Below, one piece after another: positions 7,197-15,694 of a stretch of DNA of 64,000 nucleotides. How positions within the stretch are numbered: the stretch's first letter is position 1; every line of letters starts with the position of its first letter. The notes beneath the pieces are model-generated. The model did not search any database. It worked only from the letters and a program-made list of their open reading frames with translations, and was not told where the DNA came from. Source of the DNA: Clostridia bacterium. GTDB taxonomy: Bacteria; Bacillota; Clostridia; Christensenellales; DTU072. Position numbers and translations under genes: made by a program. The stretch is from positions 2,009-66,008 of the forward strand of contig JAFXIB010000089.1 of the NCBI GenBank assembly GCA_017533505.1, in the 5' to 3' direction.

Positions 7197-8105
7197 CTAT
7201 TTTGCGTAAAGTTCATCAAGATATTGATAAACTGCTTCCATTGTATCCTTTGAAGTCTTGGTCCAGAAGTTGAAGTGGTAGCAATGGTTATCAATGAGCT
7301 TGGTGGAGTGCTTTTCAACAAGTGGTACTCCTGCCTTGCGAATGTTTTCGCATAGGAATTCACCTTGTCCCTTGCAGAACAAATCCTTTTCGGATAAAGT
7401 GATTACGCAAGGTGGCCACTTTTCATTAACATATGTAGATGGGCTGATTTCGTTGAAATACTCATATTCTTCCTTGTTAGAATAGTCTTCATTGAAATCA
7501 AAGTGGGTATATCCTTCTGCAATACATCTTACCATACCAAATGGAATTTTGAGTTTGAGAGAAGATACAAGGTCATAGATGCCACAGAAGCTAATAAGAC
7601 CTGCTGGCTTGATTTCTGCAACGGGAAGACCAACCTTTTTGGTAAGTTCGTCGTCATATGCTGCTGCTACGCAGTAGGTTGCTGCATAAGCACCTGCAGA
7701 GTCGCCAGTAAGCACTACCTTGTCAAGATTTAAGCTATACTTTTCAGCAAGCACTTTGAGGAAGTTGAGTGCTGTGATTACATCGTATGGTAGAGCTGGG
7801 AATGCATACTTTGGAGACAAACGATAGTTGATGTTTACAACAAACCATCCTCTATCAGCATAGAGATGTGCAATACTCTTTCTGTGCTTTTTGTCGCCCT
7901 TAACAAAACCGCCGCCGTGAACATTTAGTACAACAGGCATTGGTTCAGTTGCACCTTCTTTATAGTAAATATCGCATTTGCATCTTTCGTACTCTGCGTT
8001 ATAAACTATATCCTTAACACACTTTACACCCTCTTTGTTGATGTAGTTTTGGAAAGGATGGAATAGAATATCAATAGCTTTGAAAACAAATTCGCCTCTA
8101 TTCAT
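7197..8105 (-). CDS. Alpha/beta hydrolase (esterase/lipase, HSL-like family)
   Basis: Oxyanion motif HGGGF and nucleophile elbow GDSAGA, with candidate Asp/His near the C-terminus (EKDLF, DNHCYHF). Confidence 0.8.
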   Translation of the reverse strand: MNRGEFVFKAIDILFHPFQNYINKEGVKCVKDIVYNAEYERCKCDIYYKEGATEPMPVVLNVHGGGFVKGDKKHRKSIAHLYADRGWFVVNINYRLSPKYAFPALPYDVITALNFLKVLAEKYSLNLDKVVLTGDSAGAYAATYCVAAAYDDELTKKVGLPVAEIKPAGLISFCGIYDLVSSLKLKIPFGMVRCIAEGYTHFDFNEDYSNKEEYEYFNEISPSTYVNEKWPPCVITLSEKDLFCKGQGEFLCENIRKAGVPLVEKHSTKLIDNHCYHFNFWTKTSKDTMEAVYQYLDELYAK

Positions 8106-8118
8106 AATTGCCCCCTAT

Positions 8119-8670
8119 TTATTTTTGGATTACTGTCAAAAATTCTGCATCGCCACCCATTGGAACTTGTGCATGAGGTAGACTTGCATTAAAGTATACG
8201 CTGTCACCAGCTCTCAAATAGTACTCTTGGTCACCAAGCATAAGAAGTAGTTTGCCCTTGAGAACATAGTTGAGTTCTTGTCCACTGTGTCTTACAAGTT
8301 CTGGTGTTACGCCTTCCTTGATGGTTACTATCATAGGCTCAAGCTCTGGGTTGATAAAATCAGAATTGAGAGAAATAAATGAATATCCTTCGTATCTCTC
8401 AATAGGTGTACCCTTGCCTGCATAAATTACAGTAGCATCGTGCTTGGTTGCACCCTTGCCAAACAAAATAACGCTTGGGTCAATTTCCAATACACCTGCG
8501 ATGTTGTAAAGAATACCGATTGGGATATCGCGTTCTGCATTTTCATACTCTGCATATTCGCCAGCTGTGATACCGAGCTTTTCTGCAAAGCTTTCCACAG
8601 TGTAGTCAGAAAACTCGCGTAGGTCTTTGATTCTTGCTGAAATTTCTTGTAATTGTTTATGCTCTATCAT
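8119..8670 (-). CDS. XRE-family HTH regulator with C-terminal cupin domain
   Basis: N-terminal HTH_3-like segment (VESFAEKLGITAGEYAEYENAERDIPIGILYNIAGVLEI), C-terminal cupin (HSGQELNYVLKGKLLLMLGDQEYYLRAGDSVYFNASLPH). Confidence 0.8.
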   Translation of the reverse strand: MIEHKQLQEISARIKDLREFSDYTVESFAEKLGITAGEYAEYENAERDIPIGILYNIAGVLEIDPSVILFGKGATKHDATVIYAGKGTPIERYEGYSFISLNSDFINPELEPMIVTIKEGVTPELVRHSGQELNYVLKGKLLLMLGDQEYYLRAGDSVYFNASLPHAQVPMGGDAEFLTVIQK

Positions 8671-8673
8671 ATT

Positions 8674-9237
8674 CTACCTTCCATATGGAAATTGTTTGTT
8701 TTTTCTTCTTTTATCCTTCATCTTGAACTTGTATGGGTCAATTTTTGATTTTGCAAACTCGCAAAATTCGATGAAGTTACCCTCTGTCATGCTGTCGAAC
8801 TTGATATAGTACATAGATGCAGCACCAGCATAGATATATACTCTATCCTTTTTGAGTGCGACCTTTTCCACTTGGTCGTAACTGCGCTTTTCGATATAGG
8901 CATCTTCGCCACCTTGTTCGTTTACGGTTATGTCAAATCCGTCCTCGTGGAAAGCAAAATCCCAAGTGGTAGTATGGCGCTTTGCATACTCCTCTGTATA
9001 GTTCTTTTTGGATACAGCAAGGTATACAACGACAGCTCCAGCCATAAGCAAAAGTGTTATCCCTGCAAGTATGGCAACTATCACTTGATTAAAAGCAAAA
9101 TACATCACGAATGCACCAACAAGTAGCGCCAAAACAAGTATCAGCTCCTTGATGCCGATGTATTTGAGTAGATAATATCTACTCATTGCCATATAATCCC
9201 TTTCGGTGATTTTTACTGTCGCTTTGAATTTGTACAT
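8674..9237 (-). CDS. Membrane protein with two TM helices and a soluble C-terminal domain (YcxB-like architecture)
   Basis: 187-aa ORF with a hydrophobic hairpin (LILVLALLVGAFVMYF ... ILAGITLLLMAGAVVVYLAV). The assignment rests on architecture only. Confidence 0.5.
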   Translation of the reverse strand: MYKFKATVKITERDYMAMSRYYLLKYIGIKELILVLALLVGAFVMYFAFNQVIVAILAGITLLLMAGAVVVYLAVSKKNYTEEYAKRHTTTWDFAFHEDGFDITVNEQGGEDAYIEKRSYDQVEKVALKKDRVYIYAGAASMYYIKFDSMTEGNFIEFCEFAKSKIDPYKFKMKDKRRKNKQFPYGR

Positions 9238-11219
9238 TAGATAAATAGTGTTGGCATAATGCCGTCTTCTACATCAAGGTTGTTAAGGTTCCAAATGTTT
9301 ACATCGAATCCAAGGGTGTAACGATAGAATGTGCTATCATTGAGCATCTTGTAGGTTTGAGTTTGTGCACTATTGAAACCTGAATAGTTGGAGCCATTTC
9401 TTGTAACTATCATATCTTGGACAGCATATACAGTTTTGTAATCTGCTCCTACTATGGTATTTGTGGAGTGACCCATAAAGTTGTCTGCAAATGCCGAGTT
9501 GTAAACCAATTCTTCATCATCAATGATAGGACGATTTGAGATTGCTGTTACATCACCAAATGCGATACAACTCTTGATAAGTTGCTCGTATGATTGCCCA
9601 ATGAGTGAGCCCGCAAATACGGAGTAGTATACATTGGTGGTTACTTCTTCGCCCTTGTAATCTTTGAAGGTTGTTTCGGTAACATTTGCTTCTACTTCGC
9701 CATATGATAGACAGTTTTCGATTATAGCAAATCTATTTGAACTGCTACCATAGTCATCTTCTTTGTTATAAATGCTTTCGTGGAAATCTTCTCTACCAAA
9801 AATAGGAAGGTCAGCAGTAGCTCTACCTACGAGCCCACCTGCGTACTCGCTTGCGAATACATCGCCCGATGCGTATGCGTTTCTAATAGTACCACCAGCT
9901 GCTGTTGCGTAATCAAATACATTTACACCAACCAATCCACCAGCCGTCCTTGCCTTGGCTTTGCCAGTTGAATAGCATCTTTCAATTGTGCCACCTGTAA
10001 AGTTGTATGAAACCAAACCACCTGCTATTGCTGGGTAGGACAATGAGCCCTCTACATCACCCATTGCAAAACTTCTGGAAATAGCACCGTTGTTGTATCC
10101 AACCAAACCACCTGCGTATCTACCACGCACATATGCAATAGAGTTGGAACTGGTAAGTGTACCACTCAAAATATACCCTACTGCTCCACCAAGATAAACA
10201 TTGTCTGCATTGGACTCGGATGTAATCTTGCCTTCGCTTGATACACCAGTTACGGTTGCTTCTTCAATAAGGCCAACAACACCACCAAAATAGGTAGATT
10301 CAGTAGGTTCTGCATAGCTACCAAACAAGCTATCCCACATGTTTCCGGTATAGTCGATTTCAAGGTTGATGATGTTACCCACTGATGAACAATGAGAAAT
10401 GCTTGATTGATATGCCCAACCTACTACACCACCAATATAGAAACGAGATACATCGCCATCAACTTGGATACGATAGTCAACCAAGTTAACATTCTTTATA
10501 GTGCCACTAACTTTACCAAACAAACCAACAGGAAGATAGTTGAACTCTGGGTCTTCATCATAGTTGGTTAGGATAATTTCCATACCACTAATAGTATAAC
10601 CATTACCATCAAATGTGCCAGTGAACTCTTCACCTACGCCACCAGCGATTGGAATCCAGCTGTTTGCATACTTTACTTTGAGCTCATCAGCCTTTTCTTG
10701 CATTTGCTCTGGTGAATCAAAATCATCTGGATCCAATGTGTGCTCGCTTGCAAATGCGTAGTGGTCAAATTGAGAAAGGTCTATATTTGCAACAAGTGCG
10801 TAGTCCCCAGCAAGATTGCCATTGATGCGTTGAAGATCTTCTGCTGTTGCAATTTTGGTAACTGACTTTGCAATCCACTTTGCATATATTGTTGTGTTGC
10901 GTGTGAATGTATAGGGGAATGTGAGCTTTGTGCCAGAAAAATCAGAGCTCAAATACCAGCCAGCAAAATCGTATCCTGGCTTGTATGCAGAGTTAGGAGT
11001 GGGTACAGCATTTTCTTCAAGTACGCGAACTTCGATAGGGTCAATAACTTGCTCGGTACCTGTGTGGAAAGAGATAACATAGCTCATTGCTACATCACCT
11101 TCATCGTTTTGGATATCGTTGTTGAGGGCAGAAGCCTCCCCTGAAACACATCCTGCAAGGCATAATGCCAGTGCAAGCACCATAATTGTTGATATTAAGA
11201 TGACCCTTAAATTACGCAT
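9237..11219 (-). CDS. Surface lipoprotein with a Listeria-Bacteroides (InlB B-type) repeat and a GLUG-motif beta-helical region
   Basis: Lipobox signal MRNLRVILISTIMVLALALCLAG-C. Y.F.GW repeat (YDFAGWYLSSDFSGTKLTFPYTFTRNTTIYAKW). Multiple GLUG-type turns (GGVVGWAY, GGVVGLIE, GGAVGYIL, AGGLVGYNNGAISRS, AGGLVSYN, AGGLVGVN, AGGLVGRA). Confidence 0.8.
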   Translation of the reverse strand: MRNLRVILISTIMVLALALCLAGCVSGEASALNNDIQNDEGDVAMSYVISFHTGTEQVIDPIEVRVLEENAVPTPNSAYKPGYDFAGWYLSSDFSGTKLTFPYTFTRNTTIYAKWIAKSVTKIATAEDLQRINGNLAGDYALVANIDLSQFDHYAFASEHTLDPDDFDSPEQMQEKADELKVKYANSWIPIAGGVGEEFTGTFDGNGYTISGMEIILTNYDEDPEFNYLPVGLFGKVSGTIKNVNLVDYRIQVDGDVSRFYIGGVVGWAYQSSISHCSSVGNIINLEIDYTGNMWDSLFGSYAEPTESTYFGGVVGLIEEATVTGVSSEGKITSESNADNVYLGGAVGYILSGTLTSSNSIAYVRGRYAGGLVGYNNGAISRSFAMGDVEGSLSYPAIAGGLVSYNFTGGTIERCYSTGKAKARTAGGLVGVNVFDYATAAGGTIRNAYASGDVFASEYAGGLVGRATADLPIFGREDFHESIYNKEDDYGSSSNRFAIIENCLSYGEVEANVTETTFKDYKGEEVTTNVYYSVFAGSLIGQSYEQLIKSCIAFGDVTAISNRPIIDDEELVYNSAFADNFMGHSTNTIVGADYKTVYAVQDMIVTRNGSNYSGFNSAQTQTYKMLNDSTFYRYTLGFDVNIWNLNNLDVEDGIMPTLFI

Positions 11220-11251
11220 ACACGCACCCCTAAAATATTATATACGCGTAT

Positions 11252-11280
11252 ATTGTAACATAGGCGCGCGAGTAAATCAA
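11252..11280 (-). promoter_or_regulatory. Candidate promoter of the GLUG lipoprotein gene
   Basis: Minus strand: TTGATT (11280-11275), 17-nt spacer tactcgcgcgcctatgt, TACAAT (11257-11252). The spacer contains a CpG-rich alternating tract. Confidence 0.45.
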
Positions 11281-11307
11281 GTACTAATTTTAGGAGTTCA
11301 AAAATAA

Positions 11308-12144
11308 TTAGCTGATGCTATCCAAAATATGTTGGCAATAGTGCTTTGCTACATTGACTTCGCCATAGCACTCTATACCCTTAAAAAAGGCGTTTGAGTT
11401 GACTTCGCAAACATAATTTACGCCGTCCTCATCTGTCAAAAAATCTATACCACAGTAATCCAAATTTAGAGTTTTGGATACCTTAATTGCAATTTCTTCC
11501 ATATCTTTGCTTATAGTGGTTTTTTGACCAACACCACCAAGCTCGATGTTGGAGCGATAGTCTTTTTGGTTAACACGAAGCATACTTGCAACAACTTTTG
11601 AGCCAATTACAATTACCCTTGTATCAACCCCACGAGCATATGAAATATATTTTTGGTAGAGATGAGATGTTGTTCTAAAATTCTCCACCATCTCCTTTAG
11701 TCGCTTTTTACTCTCAATTAGGAACACCCCTTCTCCACGAGATTGCTTGTTGATTTTGAGTATCAAAGGTAGGCCTAACTGCTCTATGATATAATCCAAT
11801 TCTTCATCGGTTGCCTTTGCTGGCAAATAACTAAAAGTAGATGGTAAGGTTTTAGGTTGATTGACAATTCCATCAAGCGCAATATAAGTGAGCATTTTGT
11901 CGTCACAAACTTCAATGGCGCTTGAGCCGTTAAAAAGCCTTACACCCCTATTTTCGAGTGCGCGTGCCGTATAAATATCCTTGTCCAAAAATACACAAAA
12001 ATCTATGCCAGTTGGAATGTTGCTGGGCATATTCTTAACAATAGGAACATCAACACCAAGCTTTCTAAACTCTTCATTTAGTCTTTGAGCTTGATGCTCC
12101 CCTATTCCACTGAATGCATTGATTAGAATTATGCCCTTTTTCAT
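11308..12144 (-). CDS. ATP-grasp ligase (RimK-like)
   Basis: From MKKGIILINAFSG: ATP-grasp hallmarks LPLILKINKQSRGEGVFLIES, QKYISYARGVDTRVIVIG, YRSNIELGG, GIDFL...YVCEVNSNAFF. The start is reset to 12144, 1 nt after the trkH stop codon (12146-12148). The track's 72-codon N-terminal extension overlaps trkH. Confidence 0.75.
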   Translation of the reverse strand: MKKGIILINAFSGIGEHQAQRLNEEFRKLGVDVPIVKNMPSNIPTGIDFCVFLDKDIYTARALENRGVRLFNGSSAIEVCDDKMLTYIALDGIVNQPKTLPSTFSYLPAKATDEELDYIIEQLGLPLILKINKQSRGEGVFLIESKKRLKEMVENFRTTSHLYQKYISYARGVDTRVIVIGSKVVASMLRVNQKDYRSNIELGGVGQKTTISKDMEEIAIKVSKTLNLDYCGIDFLTDEDGVNYVCEVNSNAFFKGIECYGEVNVAKHYCQHILDSIS

Positions 12145-12145
12145 A

Positions 12146-13594
12146 TTAAATCTTTTTCCAAGTAGATGGAGTAAACAACAATAACAATGGGAACAATTCC
12201 AATCTACCTGCGAGCATATCCAATGATAGTATAAGCTTGCTAAAGATAGAATAGCCAGCATAGTTTCCAGTTGCACCAACCAAATCAAATCCAGGGCCAA
12301 TATTATTGAAGCATGCAACAACGGCCGAAAGGTTTGTTTCCAACCCACCATAGCCTTCAATAGAGATAAGCAGTAATGATAGAACTATTATGCCCACATA
12401 AGCAACAAGATATGTTTTTGTGTTACGGATTGTATCCTCGGACAATATATCTCCATCCAGTTTTGTTTTGATAACTTGGCGAGGATGCAACATTTTGCGC
12501 ATATCTGTATATGATGACTTCGTAAGAATAATCACTCTTGAAATCTTAAATCCACCAGCAGTCGAACCAGCGCAAGAGCCAATAATCATCAATAAGAACA
12601 GCAATATCTTGCTAAATATTGGCCAGCTGTTAAAATCGGCTGTTGAATAGCCTGTTGTTGAGATGATTGTATTAACTTGGAAGAATGAGTATCTTATAGC
12701 TTGGCCAAAGTTTTCATACAAACTCATTATGTCAAGAGCAATCAACAGAGTGAATAAAACAATGATTATAAAGTATACTCGAACTTCTTCCATCTTGAGA
12801 ATTTCGGTAAACTTGCCTATCAAAATTAGATAGTAAACATTGAAGTTGATACCAAACAGCAACATAAAAACAGCAATAACCATTTCAAAATAGGTGCTGT
12901 TGTAGTGAGCAATAGATGTATTCCAAACGGCAAAACCACCAGTACCGGCAGTACCTACTGCATTACAAATTGCATCAAATACAGGCATCTTACCAGCAAC
13001 CAAAAAGATAAAGCATGCAACTGTTAGCGCAGCATATATGGCATATAGTATGCGTGCCGTAAATTTCATTTTTGATACAAGTTTACCTACATTTGGACCT
13101 GTGGACTCTGCACGCAAAATATGGATACTTGAGCCATCTTGTGTAGGCAAGAAAGCAAGCACAAAAACAAGTATTCCCATGCCACCAATCCAATGCATAA
13201 AGGAGCGCCAAAACAGCATTGAGTGCGAAAGAACTTCAACATCTTTAAGTATACTTGCACCAGTTGTAGTAAATCCTGATACAGACTCAAATAAGGCATC
13301 TATATAGCTTGGTATTTCTCCACTTATTGCAAATGGAATAGCACCTATGATAGACATAAGCACCCATGCAAGAGATGTAATAACAAAACCTTCTCTTGCT
13401 TGCAATATTGTATTTTTAGGCTTCAAAAATAAGATTGTTGGGATACTAATAACAAGCAAACAACCTGCAGGCAACAAGAAATAAAGCCATTGACCTTCCT
13501 TATAAATAAGGTCCACAATGATTGGGAAAACCATCAATATGGCTTCAAGTAAAAGTATTCTGCTTAAAACATTTACAACTGCTTTGTAGTTCAT
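12146..13594 (-). CDS. trkH: TrkH/KtrB-family potassium transporter membrane subunit
   Basis: 482 aa with about 10-12 TM segments and repeated selectivity-filter-like motifs (SGFTTTGAS, VGTAGTGGF, TTGYSTAD, FNNIGPG). It lies immediately downstream of trkA. Confidence 0.9.
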   Translation of the reverse strand: MNYKAVVNVLSRILLLEAILMVFPIIVDLIYKEGQWLYFLLPAGCLLVISIPTILFLKPKNTILQAREGFVITSLAWVLMSIIGAIPFAISGEIPSYIDALFESVSGFTTTGASILKDVEVLSHSMLFWRSFMHWIGGMGILVFVLAFLPTQDGSSIHILRAESTGPNVGKLVSKMKFTARILYAIYAALTVACFIFLVAGKMPVFDAICNAVGTAGTGGFAVWNTSIAHYNSTYFEMVIAVFMLLFGINFNVYYLILIGKFTEILKMEEVRVYFIIIVLFTLLIALDIMSLYENFGQAIRYSFFQVNTIISTTGYSTADFNSWPIFSKILLFLLMIIGSCAGSTAGGFKISRVIILTKSSYTDMRKMLHPRQVIKTKLDGDILSEDTIRNTKTYLVAYVGIIVLSLLLISIEGYGGLETNLSAVVACFNNIGPGFDLVGATGNYAGYSIFSKLILSLDMLAGRLELFPLLLLFTPSTWKKI

Positions 13595-13596
13595 AT

Positions 13597-14946
13597 CTAT
13601 CTGACTATATCTTCCAATCCACTGACATTCTTTTCGGTTGTAACAATCAAAACTCTATCTCCAATCATAAATGAAGTATCGCCGGTTGGAATGATAAACT
13701 CTCTATCTCTAACAATGCCATTTACAAGATAATTCTTTTTGATGTTTAAATCTCTTAATGGTACATTAATGTGCTCAAAATCATTGTCGACAGGGAATTC
13801 CAAAGCTTCTACCTTATCATGGATTTTGTAAAGTTGATTGATTCGTGCACCTTCGTAGGTTAATTCTCTTACAAAGCGAACAATTGATGATGCAATAACT
13901 ATTCTTGGGCTCACAACAGAATCCAAGCCTAAATGGCTAACCATTTGTCCAATGGTGGGACGGTCTACCTTTGTGATAACCTTTGCAACCTTCTTCCTTG
14001 AAGCATAAAGAGAAACAATGACATTTTCTTCGTCCATACCAGTTAGTGTAACAACAGCATTGCACTTATCAATTCCCTCTTCGTCAAGGACTTCGTGGTC
14101 GGTGCCGTCTCCATTCAAAATGGTAGCTTCTGGTAGTTCTTCGCTGAGCCACTCGCAACGCGCTTCATCCTTTTCAATAATCTTTACAGCCACCTTGCGC
14201 GCAATAAGTTCTTTTGCAAGATAATATGCAATCTTGCCACCACCAACAATAAATACACTACGGGCGCGTCTGCGGAACACCTGCATCTTTTTGGAGAAGT
14301 TGGTTATTTCCTTTTCGCTTGCAGTGATATGAACAATGTCATTTTCTTGGATAACAAAATCACCGCGTGGAATATAAACTTTATTTTCCCTTACAACCAT
14401 GCTAAATAATGCCTTGACATTAAAGTCACGCATAATTTCCATGACCGACTTGCCAATCATGGGGTTTTCCTTTTTGACTTTGAGCTCTATCATAACAGCT
14501 GCGCCGTCAGCAAAGGTTTCTACATTGATAGCTGATGGGAAGGATAAAATCTCTGCAATTTCTTGGGCAGTACGGAGTTCAGGGTTAAACCACATATCAA
14601 GGTCAAGCTCACCTTTCATGTACTCCATTTCCATGAAATACTCTGGGTCTCTAACACGAGCAATAGTATGTGATACGCCCAGCTTTTTTGCAAGCATGCA
14701 ACAAAGAATATTAAGTTCGTCACGAGATGTACATGCAATAACAAAGTCAGCAGTTGATACTCCTGCCTCTTCCAAAATCATTCTGTCAGCGCCACCACCA
14801 CATACGCCCATAACATCGTAGCGATTGACTATCTGCTCTACAATTTTAGGGTCTTTATCCACGATAACGATATCGTGCTTTTCCTTGGAAAGTTTATCTA
14901 CAAGTGTTGCGCCAATTTTGCCTGCGCCTACAATAATAAGTCTCAT
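13597..14946 (-). CDS. trkA: TrkA potassium uptake protein (two RCK/NAD-binding modules)
   Basis: Two Rossmann motifs (MRLIIVGAGKIG, VFIVGGGKIAYYLA), each followed by a TrkA_C-like segment. Confidence 0.9.
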   Translation of the reverse strand: MRLIIVGAGKIGATLVDKLSKEKHDIVIVDKDPKIVEQIVNRYDVMGVCGGGADRMILEEAGVSTADFVIACTSRDELNILCCMLAKKLGVSHTIARVRDPEYFMEMEYMKGELDLDMWFNPELRTAQEIAEILSFPSAINVETFADGAAVMIELKVKKENPMIGKSVMEIMRDFNVKALFSMVVRENKVYIPRGDFVIQENDIVHITASEKEITNFSKKMQVFRRRARSVFIVGGGKIAYYLAKELIARKVAVKIIEKDEARCEWLSEELPEATILNGDGTDHEVLDEEGIDKCNAVVTLTGMDEENVIVSLYASRKKVAKVITKVDRPTIGQMVSHLGLDSVVSPRIVIASSIVRFVRELTYEGARINQLYKIHDKVEALEFPVDNDFEHINVPLRDLNIKKNYLVNGIVRDREFIIPTGDTSFMIGDRVLIVTTEKNVSGLEDIVR

Positions 14947-14981
14947 ATAACTCCTTTAATCCAAACTTTTCCTTACTGATT

Positions 14982-15009
14982 ATTTTATCATAGTAAAAAA
15001 ATATGTCAA
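14982..15009 (-). promoter_or_regulatory. Candidate promoter of trkA-trkH-ATP-grasp operon (extended -10)
   Basis: Minus strand: TTGACA (15009-15004), 16-nt spacer, TGaTAAAAT (-10 at 14987-14982). Confidence 0.55.
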
Positions 15010-15068
15010 CAATTTTAATCAATGTGTGCGTATGCGCCTATGCGCGCAGTTACCTTTGCGACCAATGT

Positions 15069-15091
15069 AAAAAAGAGATATGATATCTCTC
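15069..15091 (-). terminator. Terminator after the NUDIX gene
   Basis: Minus strand: agagatat-c-atatctct followed by tttttac, starting directly after the stop at 15092. Confidence 0.55.
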
Positions 15092-15631
15092 TTAAAACCC
15101 AATTTTGTTTTGAAGTGCATAGCGTAAAATGGCATAAACTGTCTTGGCGTCCTTGATGTCTCCTGCCATAACCATCTTCAAAGCTTCAACAAATGGCATG
15201 CGTACAGTATCCAAAAACTCATCCTCATCAAGATGCTTTTGTTGTGTTTTAAGTTCAGTTGCTAAAAACACATAAAGTGGCTCGTTTGTGTATCCAGGTG
15301 TTGGATATAGGATACCGAAGGGCTCAATTTTACCAACAAGTCCAGTTTCTTCCTCAAGCTCCCTTTTTGCTGTTAAAATGGGCTCTTCACCTTCTTCCAA
15401 CTTGCCAGCAGGAATCTCCAAAATACTTTCGCGATAAGCATATCTATACTGTCTTACAAGGTAGATATAGCCATCGGCATCAACAGCAAGAATACCTGCT
15501 CCACCCCTATGCTCAACATATTCTCTTGTGGCATATTTTCCATCTGGGAGCATAATGTCGTCTACACAAAGGTTCAAAATTTTTCCTTTGTAAATGTACT
15601 TTTTGTTAACTTCTTTTTCGATATATTCCAT
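15092..15631 (-). CDS. NUDIX hydrolase (ADP-ribose pyrophosphatase-like)
   Basis: Nudix box GKLEEGEEPILTAKRELEEETGL (G-x5-E-x7-REUxEExGU). Confidence 0.85.
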   Translation of the reverse strand: MEYIEKEVNKKYIYKGKILNLCVDDIMLPDGKYATREYVEHRGGAGILAVDADGYIYLVRQYRYAYRESILEIPAGKLEEGEEPILTAKRELEEETGLVGKIEPFGILYPTPGYTNEPLYVFLATELKTQQKHLDEDEFLDTVRMPFVEALKMVMAGDIKDAKTVYAILRYALQNKIGF

Positions 15632-15694
15632 AATATTGCAATATTTTGGGCTGGTATCAACCAGCCCATTGTTTAGTTTATTTTAGATTTAAGT

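Noticed and set aside
12145-12360. 72-codon N-terminal extension of the ATP-grasp ORF (track start at 12360)
   Set aside because: It overlaps the 3' end of trkH in another frame, is Cys/Trp/Leu-rich nonsense, and the ATP-grasp homology begins at MKKGIILINAF (12144).
14947-15091. c-di-AMP (ydaO-type) or other riboswitch in front of the trkA K+ uptake operon
   Set aside because: The leader between the predicted -10 and the ATG is only about 35 nt and AT-rich, too short for a riboswitch of 100 nt or more. I could not see any conserved ydaO helices.
15647-15668. Hairpin tgggctggt-atca-accagccca between the GH38 stop and the NUDIX start, as a terminator
   Set aside because: On the minus (transcribed) strand it is followed by AAAATATT, not a U-run. 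A T-rich run follows only on the + strand, where no gene ends. It may be a weak or processing hairpin, but I cannot support a terminator call.
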